DNA of 18,009 nucleotides from Verrucomicrobiales bacterium (GTDB lineage Bacteria; Verrucomicrobiota; Verrucomicrobiia; Verrucomicrobiales; V1-33). Under the pieces are notes generated by a model, which made no database searches, was not told the origin of the DNA, and saw only the letters and a program-made list of their open reading frames with translations. How positions within the stretch are numbered: the first letter of the stretch is position 1; each line of letters opens with the position of its first letter. Where the stretch lies: assembly GCA_031411295.1 (NCBI GenBank), contig JANOAV010000186.1, forward strand, positions 1-18,009, read 5' to 3'. Shown piece after piece: positions 7,701 to 15,482 of this stretch. A program made the position numbers and the translations under genes.

Positions 7701-10208
7701 CAAATCGTGGATGATGGGGATGTCGTTTACCTCAACGGCCATGAAGTGCTGCGCGTCGGCGTCAGTCCCACAGCTCCCATCGTGGACTCCACCACGGCCA
7801 CGCGCAGCGTGGGTGGCTATGCCTACGAAGGCCCTTACAACCTCCCTACCACGTATCTGCTGCCGGGCGAGAACGTGCTAGCCGTGGAAGTCCACCAGAT
7901 CAATTCCACCAGCAATGATTTTCTCATGGGAATCCAACTGGAGGCCACCTATCAAATTCAAGGCTTCGATGTGGCACTCAATGAAGTTTGCGCGGACAAC
8001 CGCACAGGCATCACGAATGCAGGCAAGCATCCTGACTACATCGAGTTGTTTAACAACACTGGCAGCGCGATTGATCTCACTGGCTGGGGCCTGACAGATG
8101 ACGCGCTCCTCGCCAATAAATATTTATTCCCTGCGGGCACTAGTATTGCCAGTCAAGCCCACCTCATCGTCTGGGCCGACAGCGATGCCACTGCTCCCGG
8201 GCTGCACACTGGCTTCGGCTTGGACAACGGTGGGCAAACGGTCATCCTCACCCAGGGCACCACCATCAAGGACAATGTCACCTTTGGCACCCAGGCTCCG
8301 GATTGGCCTATTGGTCGGGCGACGGATGGGATTGGCGTTTGGGTTCTGGTGGAGCCATCGCCTGGCGCGTTGAATATCACCAAAGCCCTCGGCTCGAACG
8401 CGACGATCAAGCTCAACGAATGGATGGCCGAACCGCTCACGGGCTCGGATTGGTTTGAACTCTACAACCCGGATACCCTGCCCGTTTCCCTGACCGATCT
8501 CTGGCTCAGCGACACGCCCAGCACCCCGAAAATCACCAAGCTTCCACCGCTCTCGTTCATTGGACCTAACGGCTATGCGAAATTCAATGCGGACAGCTCG
8601 AAGCGGGGCTTCAACAGCGTGAACTTCAAACTGTCCGCGGCCGGGGAATCGCTCGTAGTGACCGCAGCCAATGGCACCACCACGATTGATGCCGTTACCT
8701 TCGGCCTGCAACAGGCAGGGCTTTCTGAAGGGATGCTGCCGGATGGATCCGGCAACCAGTTCCCTTTCCCTAACACCAGCTCTCCGGGCGACAGCAATTG
8801 GCTGACGCTGAATTCCGTGGTGGTAAATGAAGCCCTCTCCGCCAGCACGCCACCGCAGCAGGATGCGATTGAGCTGCGGAACCTAACCGGGGCCTCAGTG
8901 AACATTTCCCAATGGTGGCTCAGTGATTCGACGACCAATCTGAAGAAATTTGCCGTCCCCAGCGGCACCTCCATCAACGCCAATGGTTACCTCACCTTCA
9001 CGGAGGCCGATTTCAATAGCGGAGCCCCGGGCAGCTTCGGATTGGATTCCGCCGAAGGCGATGCGGCGGTGCTTTCAGCGGCTGATGCCAATGGCAACCT
9101 CACGGGATATCGCTCGCAATTTAAATTCGGTCCGGCTGAACCCGGCGTGCCCTTTGGCCGTGTGGTAACTTCCACTGGAGCAGATTTCGTGAGCTTGGCG
9201 GCATTGACACTGGGCACCGTAAATGCTACGCCTAACATCGGTCCAGTGGTGATCAATGAAGTGATGTATCATCCCGTGGACGCGCCCGTGGGCACGGACA
9301 ATACGGTGGACGAATACATTGAATTGCAGAACATCACGGGCACCACCGTCAAATTTTACGATCCCGCCAATCCCACGAATCGCTGGAAACTGCGGGATGC
9401 GGTTGATTTCAGTTTCCCGCCGAACGCCAGCATGGCGCCATTGGAAATTGCACTCGTGGTCAGTTTCAATCCTACTACTGAGACTGCGCAGTTAGCCGCC
9501 TTCCGCTCCAAATTCAGCATTCCCAACACCGTGGCCATCTACGGACCATGGATTGGTAAGCTAGCTAACTCCACGGACAGCGTGGAACTCGCAAAGCCCA
9601 TCGCGCCTGTGGCCGGCGTGGCTCCGTTCGTGCTCGTGGACAAAGTGGATTTCACCACCGTGGCTCCCTGGCCGATCACAAACGCCACCACTGGCCCCGA
9701 CGGCAAAGGGCGATCACTGCAACGATTGGATCGCTTAACTTACGGCAACGATGCCGTCAATTGGCAGGGCGCCAACCCCACCGCTGGACAATTGAATCCC
9801 ACGCAGACAGTCCTGAACGTGACCTTGGAAACCGATGGCGATGGCATTCCGGACACTTGGGAACTGGCCAACAATTTCAATCCCAACGATCCGACCGATG
9901 CCACCAAAGACACCGATGGCGACGGCAGCAGCAACATCGAGGAATTCCTCAGCGGCACTAACCCGCGCGATGCCACCAGCGTGTTTGTCAGTAGCTTGAC
10001 TACTCCACCAGCGGGTGGGATCCATCTCCAGTTCACCGCCATGCCTGGTAAATCCTACTCGATCATGCAGTCGGACACCCTGTCCCCAACTGCGTGGACC
10101 AAGCTCCAAGACGTGCCAGCGCAAGGGACCCAACACCAAGTGGATTTCACCGACGCCTCCGGCAGCAACCGCAAATTCTACAAGGTGATCACGCCGCAAC
10201 TGCCGTAG
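4761..10208 (+). CDS. Secreted/surface CotH-family kinase protein with five lamin-tail domains (LTD), a jelly-roll domain and Ca-binding DxDGDG repeats
   Basis: Signal peptide, then LTD starts VVISEIHYHP (4830), VALNEV (7971), IKLNEW (8406), VVVNEA (8817) and VVINEVMYHP (9246). CotH motifs IRYHGS, SYKFYF, WDDSIHNYYIY and WTLMPWDMD. Jelly-roll motifs TFYFRRRF, DDGDVVYLNG and GENVLAVEVHQ. Ends with TDGDGIPDTWE / DTDGDGSSNIEEFLSGTNP and RKFYKV. Confidence 0.9.
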   Translation: MKICLLLVPVLCLFSCVAKVRAAVVISEIHYHPLEEDVFNPDGTPALDLTEDIHEFIELQNTDGTAVDVSGWKFVSGVTFTFPAGTTIPANGYRVIARNPARIATVYGLNVATILGPYTGKLSNSDATLQLDNATGTTIDAISYLANFPWPIGADALGANDNFTGINPLPYNYKGRSLQRISTTWSGNDPANWLASALVAGPTPGGPQAVTRAIPKPVVDDFSVTQLADEATLIRQNQQVKIQCRFTSGYQQSPVTGVSVEYFLDDINVGNEPRTTLAMTSIGGGEFTATLPGQVNRSVVRFRFRGNRGDGDEVISPRPESDPQLVPNAAGGKEGWHAYFVMPVRSLTISPAPSQETYDVFVATADIGTPGTRDDTKTLSKNINQNPRRVVADASGGYPRDEVYDSLISPQGAWWNGHVPAIFVEGDGTVHDARIRYHGSRYRRSEGRQSYKFYFPRYQQLKGMTQVFETDKGAPGNQGGTLPDYRYEALGEIYRAAGIPCSYTPRVDFYINNNAVLQRMEQTVVDARFLDSYYAKRAALVPGSRPLEAGDPYKSAGTEEGPYGSGNGGQLASKTIGTPAVTWNPLQRYSITYALEANTWKGYVPFKTVVDGMATARASLPNTAALRAWALANWDVDRTLTYIAIKNWSCCWDDSIHNYYIYRQSDGKWTLMPWDMDFELTSRDPVDVTNYSIFKNNNTWKASFITAFDAEYRQKVWLLTNTLLRADKLSAMTYQGQSLTNLWGNNWLSWIQSRNTAVQTQIAQGPWYQPTQPTHVGPANGVSALPPGALTVSAYSHTSGSTAGVNAHAKTKWELRAATSTWDQPLYVNESTTYLTSLPIPYDQLQWGITYYWRATFMDAQSHPGDTSSETSFTFGSTPITSTVLAMDDLTLWKYDNVSHPVNKAWTQPNFDDSTWAEGAAVLGHSNTPTALANLNPSQVLRTDIALTQPPENTTGRTTFYFRRRFNFPGSVIGAVLKLRQIVDDGDVVYLNGHEVLRVGVSPTAPIVDSTTATRSVGGYAYEGPYNLPTTYLLPGENVLAVEVHQINSTSNDFLMGIQLEATYQIQGFDVALNEVCADNRTGITNAGKHPDYIELFNNTGSAIDLTGWGLTDDALLANKYLFPAGTSIASQAHLIVWADSDATAPGLHTGFGLDNGGQTVILTQGTTIKDNVTFGTQAPDWPIGRATDGIGVWVLVEPSPGALNITKALGSNATIKLNEWMAEPLTGSDWFELYNPDTLPVSLTDLWLSDTPSTPKITKLPPLSFIGPNGYAKFNADSSKRGFNSVNFKLSAAGESLVVTAANGTTTIDAVTFGLQQAGLSEGMLPDGSGNQFPFPNTSSPGDSNWLTLNSVVVNEALSASTPPQQDAIELRNLTGASVNISQWWLSDSTTNLKKFAVPSGTSINANGYLTFTEADFNSGAPGSFGLDSAEGDAAVLSAADANGNLTGYRSQFKFGPAEPGVPFGRVVTSTGADFVSLAALTLGTVNATPNIGPVVINEVMYHPVDAPVGTDNTVDEYIELQNITGTTVKFYDPANPTNRWKLRDAVDFSFPPNASMAPLEIALVVSFNPTTETAQLAAFRSKFSIPNTVAIYGPWIGKLANSTDSVELAKPIAPVAGVAPFVLVDKVDFTTVAPWPITNATTGPDGKGRSLQRLDRLTYGNDAVNWQGANPTAGQLNPTQTVLNVTLETDGDGIPDTWELANNFNPNDPTDATKDTDGDGSSNIEEFLSGTNPRDATSVFVSSLTTPPAGGIHLQFTAMPGKSYSIMQSDTLSPTAWTKLQDVPAQGTQHQVDFTDASGSNRKFYKVITPQLP

Positions 10209-10209
10209 G

Positions 10210-11145
10210 TCAGGCTTCCGCTGACTTGGGCGTGGTCTTGGGCCAGATCAGGGAACCCACCACGGACCCGACCAACACCGCCAGGACTACTCCCAGCGCA
10301 ATCGGGGTTGGGATTTTGTAGGCCGTGTGGCCCAGCAACATTTTCACGCCGACGAAGGCAAGGATGATTCCCAAGCCGGGGCGCAAGAGGTGAAACTTCT
10401 CCACCGCTTCCGCCAACAGGAAGTAGAGCGAACGCAGCCCCATGATGGCGAACACATTGGAGGTGAAGACGATGAAGGGATCCCGGGTAATCGCAAAGAT
10501 GGCGGGGATCGAATCGACCGCAAAAACCACATCGCTGACCTCCACGCAAACCAAGACCAGCATCAGCGGAGTGGCCACGCGACGACCATTTTTCAAGGTC
10601 AGAAAGCGATCGCGATCGAAGTCATCGCTCATGGGGACGAAACGACGGAATAATTTAACAATCGGGTTGGACTCTGGGTCGTGTTTGGTTTCCCTGGAGA
10701 GGATCATTTTCAGGCCGGTCACGATGAGGAAGATTCCAAAGATATAGAGCAACCAGAGGAAACGTTCGACGAGAGCCGCCCCGCACCAGATCATGATAAA
10801 TCGGAGCACCAACGCGCTTAGCACCCCCCAGAAGAGAACCTTGTGTTGATAGGCGGCGGGAACGGCAAAGTAGGTGAAAATGATCGAAAAGACGAAGACG
10901 TTGTCCGCGCTGAGCGAGAGTTCGATGAGGTAACCCGTAAAGAATTCGATACCGGCCGTGCTGCCGCGAGTGCTCCAAACCCACCACCCGAAGAGGCTGG
11001 CTAAAGTGATCCACACTGCGGTCCAAGCCAAGGCTTCCCGGGCACGAACCGTGTGAGCTTTGCGGTGAAAAACCCCCAAGTCCAAAGCGAGCATGCTCAG
11101 AATAAAGGCACCAAATCCGATCCAGAACCAAAGGTTATCAGTCAT
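10210..11145 (-). CDS. alx: TerC/Alx-family membrane protein (probable Mn2+/metal homeostasis)
   Basis: MLALDLGVFHRK, FFTGYLIELSLSADNVFVF, YQHKVLFWGVLSALVLR, VEVSDVVFAVDSIPAIFAITRDPFIVFTSNVFAIMGLRSLYF. ATG 11145 is preferred over TTG 11148. Confidence 0.93.
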   Translation of the reverse strand: MTDNLWFWIGFGAFILSMLALDLGVFHRKAHTVRAREALAWTAVWITLASLFGWWVWSTRGSTAGIEFFTGYLIELSLSADNVFVFSIIFTYFAVPAAYQHKVLFWGVLSALVLRFIMIWCGAALVERFLWLLYIFGIFLIVTGLKMILSRETKHDPESNPIVKLFRRFVPMSDDFDRDRFLTLKNGRRVATPLMLVLVCVEVSDVVFAVDSIPAIFAITRDPFIVFTSNVFAIMGLRSLYFLLAEAVEKFHLLRPGLGIILAFVGVKMLLGHTAYKIPTPIALGVVLAVLVGSVVGSLIWPKTTPKSAEA

Positions 11146-11150
11146 CAAAA

Positions 11151-11176
11151 AGTAAAAGTAAGAGTAAGAGAGTAAA
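11151..11176. repeat. Short tandem AGTAA(A/G) hexamer repeat in the terC 5' leader
   Basis: AGTAAA AGTAAG AGTAAG AG AGTAAA. On the coding strand it reads as a pyrimidine-rich leader with no Shine-Dalgarno sequence. Confidence 0.7.
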
Positions 11177-11187
11177 AATTTAAGATT

Positions 11188-11230
11188 AAAAATGAGCCGG
11201 GGTTGGTATCGACCAAAATACCAACCCCGG
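11188..11230 (-). terminator. Strong hairpin, probable intrinsic terminator/attenuator between the hpf-like gene and terC
   Basis: Perfect 13-bp stem CCGGGGTTGGTAT (11197-11209) / ATACCAACCCCGG (11218-11230) with an 8-nt loop, followed on the minus strand by CTCATTTTT (U tract offset by 4 nt). Confidence 0.7.
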
Positions 11231-11235
11231 ACCGG

Positions 11236-11289
11236 TCACCGCGTTTTTCTTGTCGTCAACCTGCGCAGCGTCCAGTGTAATCCACTCAT
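11236..11289 (-). CDS. Possible 17-aa leader peptide MSGLHWTLRRLTTRKTR
   Basis: ATG 11289 to TGA 11236. The start lies in the loop of a 7-bp hairpin (11277-11297) and the stop is 5 nt before the terminator stem. No coding evidence beyond its position. Confidence 0.25.
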   Translation of the reverse strand: MSGLHWTLRRLTTRKTR

Positions 11290-11317
11290 CGGATTACCAT
11301 CGTGGTTTGCAACCAAA

Positions 11318-11668
11318 TTAAGCTCGTGCCGCCGTGGGCCCGGAGCGGCGGAGCGCTCGACCGTGGTCGGCGGAATGGCGGGACCTCCGGTGGGCCGCAC
11401 GCCGATCGACTTCGCGACGGATGGCGGTCAGCACTTTGCGCCAGGCCGCTGCCAGCGTGTAATCTTTGGCCGAGACCTTAATGTCCGGTCCAGGCACTTC
11501 AAGGTGCACGCTGGCATGGTAGGTCTGGGTGGATTCAACGGCCTTTTCGATCGACGCCCGGGCACTCGTGACGTTCAATTCTTGATCCAGGGGAGCCAGA
11601 CTGCTGACGATCAATTTGCGATTCGATTCGTTATCAGGAATGCGTTTGAAGAGTAGGTTCAGTTTCAT
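11318..11668 (-). CDS. HPF/RaiA-family ribosome-associated protein
   Basis: 116 aa. The pattern YHASVHLEVPGPDIKVSAKDYTLAAAWRKVLTAIRREV matches the HPF/sigma54-modulation fold, with a basic tail. The gene lies between an nhaR-like gene and terC. Confidence 0.75.
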   Translation of the reverse strand: MKLNLLFKRIPDNESNRKLIVSSLAPLDQELNVTSARASIEKAVESTQTYHASVHLEVPGPDIKVSAKDYTLAAAWRKVLTAIRREVDRRAAHRRSRHSADHGRALRRSGPTAARA

Positions 11669-11765
11669 GTTGGATGATGTGGTTTAAATAACGTCGCCTT
11701 GTGGTGCGACGAGATCATTTTCCCATGGATTTACGATTAGACTATTCCTTGTTTTGATGTAATTG

Positions 11766-11782
11766 CTTAGGAAATACCTAAG
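11766..11782. promoter_or_regulatory. LysR (NhaR-type) binding box
   Basis: Dyad CTTAGG-AAATA-CCTAAG containing T-N11-A (T11768...A11780), 6 nt upstream of the regulator ATG in the divergent intergenic region. Confidence 0.7.
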
Positions 11783-11788
11783 TCGAAA

Positions 11789-12682
11789 ATGAGCTATCTG
11801 AATTATAATCACCTCCGTTATTTCTGGGCCGTGGTCCGTGAAGGCGGCCTGCGCGAGGCCAGCGAGCGCCTGCACGTGACGCAACCCACCATTTCCGCCC
11901 AGATCGCGGCACTGGAATCAAGTCTGGGCGAGAAACTATTCCGCCGCACTGGAAGGCGTTCTGTCCTAACAGAGGCAGGGCAGCAGGCCTTCGAGGTGGC
12001 GGAGCAAATTTTCCCGTTAGGACAGGAGTTATTGGAACGTGTGCAGGGATCCAATCCAGGGCGTCGGCTGCGGCTGTTGGTGGGGATTGCAGATTCCTTG
12101 CCGAAACTGCTTTCCTGGGAAGCGCTGGAGCCGACGATGCATCTCAAGCAGAAGGTGCAGTTAAGTTGTCGCGAGGGGCATTCGCTCGATTTGCTGTCCC
12201 AGTTAGCACTGGGGAAATTGGATGTGGTGCTGGCGGATGAACCGGCACCAAGTTCGCTCCCAGTTAAAGTTTTCAATCATGAACTGGGAGTCAGTGCCAC
12301 GACGCTGTGCGCTCTGCCAGAGTTAGCGAACCAGCTTCGCAAAGGATTTCCCGGCTCCTTGAACGCGGCTCCGATGCTACTGCCCATGACCAACAGCGCT
12401 TGGCGTCACGCCTTGGATGCTTGGTTGGAACGGGAGAATCTGCGGCCGGAAATCGTGGGGGAATTCGAGGATGCCGCGCTGATGAAAGTGGCGGCGGCCT
12501 CCGGCTTGGGGGTGGTGCCCGTGCCCCACACGGTGGCGCAGGATGTGCAAAAGCATTACGGCTTGGCGGCCATCAAGACCCTGGAAAACTGTAATCTGCG
12601 TTACTACGCCATCACCGCCCAACGCCGCGTTACCAACCCAGCGGTCGCTGCCATCATGGGCACGACCTCGAAACGGAAATAG
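11789..12682 (+). CDS. nhaR: LysR-family transcriptional activator, NhaR-like
   Basis: LNYNHLRYFWAVVREG...LHVTQPTISAQI, VGIADSLPKLL, LDVVLAD and IVGEFEDAALMK are characteristic of the NhaR subfamily. Confidence 0.85.
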   Translation: MSYLNYNHLRYFWAVVREGGLREASERLHVTQPTISAQIAALESSLGEKLFRRTGRRSVLTEAGQQAFEVAEQIFPLGQELLERVQGSNPGRRLRLLVGIADSLPKLLSWEALEPTMHLKQKVQLSCREGHSLDLLSQLALGKLDVVLADEPAPSSLPVKVFNHELGVSATTLCALPELANQLRKGFPGSLNAAPMLLPMTNSAWRHALDAWLERENLRPEIVGEFEDAALMKVAAASGLGVVPVPHTVAQDVQKHYGLAAIKTLENCNLRYYAITAQRRVTNPAVAAIMGTTSKRK

Positions 12683-12803
12683 CGCTCAGGTCTGACGCAG
12701 GGTAAGACTGAACATTTTGCGGACCGGGCATACTAAAGATCGACAATTTCGGCGGATGTGCTTCAATTAACACAGCCGACCGCAGCCCCGTCCCCTACAC
12801 GTC

Positions 12804-13745
12804 ATGAGAAATCGCGACTATCCGCGTCCTCGCCCTTATCAAGTTCCCGAACAGGAGTCTCCCTCCTTGTTGACGATGCTGCTTGTCATCAACGTCGGAG
12901 CCTTCCTCCTACGCATCTTGTTTGTGGTGGATAGCACTGCCACTGCTAACCCGGCGGGATTCATCAGCATGTCTGAATTGCAGCGGGGGCACTGGTGGAC
13001 GGTGTTCACCCACATGTTCGTGCACCAGGATTTCTATCATCTCATGACGAACATGCTGCTGCTGTGGATGGCAGGCCGCAGTGTGTTGGCTCAACTGGGG
13101 CCACGGCACTTCGGTTACCTCTATTTTCTCGGTGGCTTAGCCGGCACCGCGCTGGAGATGTTTGTCGGGGCCAAGGGATCTGAGATGGAGTTAATTGGTG
13201 CCTCTGGAGCTGTCTTTGCGGTGCTTGGGGCGTTCGGGGCGTTGTTTCCCTATTATTCCGTCACGGAGAAATTACGTCGCTGGGTGGGATTCCGGCTGCG
13301 CGCCCGTTCGGTCGTGTTAGGACTGATTTTATCCGGGATTATTCTGGAGGTTATTTCCCGCTTCGTGGAGTTGCCTGACATGAATACCAGCCACCTCTGC
13401 CATGTGGGCGGGGGGATCTTTGGGATGATCTACGCGGCCCAGATCCGCCCCGTGGTGCCTCCCTTCCGACGGATTCGTCCTTCGGCTGCGAAGTTCCTGG
13501 AAGAATTCTCCCCCCATGATGAATTTTCCCCCTTCGTTCCCGCTGGTCCGCGGAAGCGGAAATTGGAGCAGGCCGAAGACGATGAGCTTTTCCCCGCCCC
13601 AGCCCCCGAGCCTTTGACCGATAAGGAGTTCCTCCAGCAAAGCGTGGATCCCATCCTTGATAAACTTCATTCGCAAGGTCTGGCCAGCCTCACGTCAGAG
13701 GAGAAACATATCTTGGATGAGGCCGCCAAGCGGCTGAGCAAGTAG
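12804..13745 (+). CDS. Rhomboid-family intramembrane serine protease with a DUF6576-like C-terminal domain
   Basis: WWTVFTHMFVH...HLMTNM, catalytic GASG (13197-13208), SHLCHVGG, and C-terminal VDPILDKLHSQGLASLTSEEK. Confidence 0.92.
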   Translation: MRNRDYPRPRPYQVPEQESPSLLTMLLVINVGAFLLRILFVVDSTATANPAGFISMSELQRGHWWTVFTHMFVHQDFYHLMTNMLLLWMAGRSVLAQLGPRHFGYLYFLGGLAGTALEMFVGAKGSEMELIGASGAVFAVLGAFGALFPYYSVTEKLRRWVGFRLRARSVVLGLILSGIILEVISRFVELPDMNTSHLCHVGGGIFGMIYAAQIRPVVPPFRRIRPSAAKFLEEFSPHDEFSPFVPAGPRKRKLEQAEDDELFPAPAPEPLTDKEFLQQSVDPILDKLHSQGLASLTSEEKHILDEAAKRLSK

Positions 13746-13821
13746 GCTGCCTCCGCGTTCTCGCATCGGTTCACCAGCCTGCTCCCACGATCTGCGCTGG
13801 AAATTCTGGGATTCCGCTCTC

Positions 13822-15471
13822 ATGGTCCCGTCACCCACCATGCCCTCAAACGCTCCCCAGACCCTAACCTCCCCTGTCGAAACGCCTCCGCTGACCCTCC
13901 CCCACGCCGAGTGGACCAGTCGCGTTTTCTGGGGCACCATCCTCGCCTTGGTGCTGCTGGCTTTCGGGCTGACGCGTAAACAATTTGCTGATCACGCGGC
14001 CGCCGCAACGGCCGCGCAGGCGCATTTGACGGCTCAGACCCATCAGCGCTGGCAGGAATTACTAACCCTGGCACGGGAAACCGCCGCACTCAGCCAGACG
14101 GCAGATACCGCCAGCCTTGAAGGATTTCTCGCCACCAGCCTGCAGCAACTCCCCGGCCCAGCCCCGCAAGGATTGCCAACGCAGCTTCATCAGCAGTTCG
14201 CGGCACTGGCTTTGCAACGGGCCGATTTCCCGATTGCGTTAGCGGAATTGTCCGCCGCAGAATCCGCCACCAAGGAACTACAGACCTTGGCAAATCTTGC
14301 CCTGCAGCGTCTCGAAATTTTCCTGGCCGCCGACCACGCCACCACCTTGGCAGCGCCCGCCATCGGCCCCACCAGCCAACTCCTGGCCAAGCTGCCAGCA
14401 GGGGCTGCCAAAACCCAGGCCGCTTTTCAGTTGGAAATCATCCAAGCCGAAACCGCCTCCGCCCAAGCGGAGGCCACCACCGAGCAGGATCAAATGCAGC
14501 GGGAGCTCCGCATCGCCCAACTCAAGCGCAAAGGCCTGGCGCTGTCCGAGCAATTGCGGGCAGAATTGAACACGGATTTCCAGAAACGCGAGCAGGCCCA
14601 GCAAGACGCGGCCACGCAAAATGATCCCGCCAAGATGGCCGAGGCCATCAAACAAAAGGAAGCGTTCGACGAGAAATTCTCTGCGGAACTAAAGCGTCGG
14701 GAAGAACAACTGCAGCAGGAAACCACCGCCGCCATGCAACCGAATCCAGAGATCAGCGCCCTCCAGGCCACCGCCGTCACCACCTGGCAGCAACTCGCGG
14801 AGCGCGCCACCGATACCCCGTGGAGCCGCCGCGTGCGCCTGGGATTAGCCGCCGCCCTGCTGCAGCAACAAAATTTTCCCGCCGCCACAGAGGCCCTCGC
14901 CCCGGTGCTGGCGGAAAAAGATCTGCCTCCCATGGATCAACTCCGCGCCTCCCACCTCAGCGCTCGCATCCACCAAGCCCAAGCCAGTCGTCTGGCCGGT
15001 GCCGCCGCTACCGCCGCGCTCCAGCAGGCACTCAACGCGGCCTCGCACGCCCAGGAACAATTTGCCAAACTTTCCCTCCACCGACCAGCGCTGCAAAAGC
15101 AAGCCGCAGACGTAGCCGCCACCCTCGCCACCCTGCACACGGCCCTGGGCCAGAAACCATCCGCGCAGCAATTCCAAGCGTTGGCGGAACAACATTCCCA
15201 AGCCGCTGCACGTGACCATTCCTGGCGGGAAATTCTCTGGAACGCCCGTGCCAAGATCACCCAACTCCGCCAGAGCCTGCGCCAACAATATCAGCCCCCG
15301 CTCGTCGATCAACTCGACCAAGCCAACCAGCTCCTCACCGCCCTGCGCCAATACCAAGCCAGCGTGCTCGCACGCCAAGACCCCAAAGCCGCCTCCGACA
15401 AAGTTAGCGCTCTCATCAATCTCGCCCCCGATCAATACCCTTGGTCCTCACTGCTCCAAACCATCCATTAA
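13822..15471 (+). CDS. Hypothetical membrane-anchored alpha-helical (coiled-coil/TPR-like) protein
   Basis: 549-aa ORF with host-like codon use, one N-terminal TM segment (VFWGTILALVLLAFGLT), Ala/Gln/Leu-rich helices and a charged coiled-coil centre. The start may be 13840. Confidence 0.75.
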   Translation: MVPSPTMPSNAPQTLTSPVETPPLTLPHAEWTSRVFWGTILALVLLAFGLTRKQFADHAAAATAAQAHLTAQTHQRWQELLTLARETAALSQTADTASLEGFLATSLQQLPGPAPQGLPTQLHQQFAALALQRADFPIALAELSAAESATKELQTLANLALQRLEIFLAADHATTLAAPAIGPTSQLLAKLPAGAAKTQAAFQLEIIQAETASAQAEATTEQDQMQRELRIAQLKRKGLALSEQLRAELNTDFQKREQAQQDAATQNDPAKMAEAIKQKEAFDEKFSAELKRREEQLQQETTAAMQPNPEISALQATAVTTWQQLAERATDTPWSRRVRLGLAAALLQQQNFPAATEALAPVLAEKDLPPMDQLRASHLSARIHQAQASRLAGAAATAALQQALNAASHAQEQFAKLSLHRPALQKQAADVAATLATLHTALGQKPSAQQFQALAEQHSQAAARDHSWREILWNARAKITQLRQSLRQQYQPPLVDQLDQANQLLTALRQYQASVLARQDPKAASDKVSALINLAPDQYPWSSLLQTIH

Positions 15472-15482
15472 CGCCACCCGTC

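Noticed and set aside
11151..11176. CRISPR or phase-variable repeat
   Set aside because: Only four imperfect hexamers, with no spacers and no cas genes.
11146..11317. yybP-ykoY manganese riboswitch
   Set aside because: Expected upstream of alx, but the conserved GGGGAGUAG and CAAGACC-type segments are not visible on the coding strand.
11692..11711. 6-bp hairpin CGTCGC/GCGACG upstream of the hpf-like gene as a terminator
   Set aside because: Short stem with an 8-nt loop and a weak U tail; more likely a 5'-UTR stem or chance.
12749..12779. Bulged hairpin TCGGC..TGTG/CACA..GCCGA before the rhomboid gene
   Set aside because: Imperfect, with no U tract and no other support.
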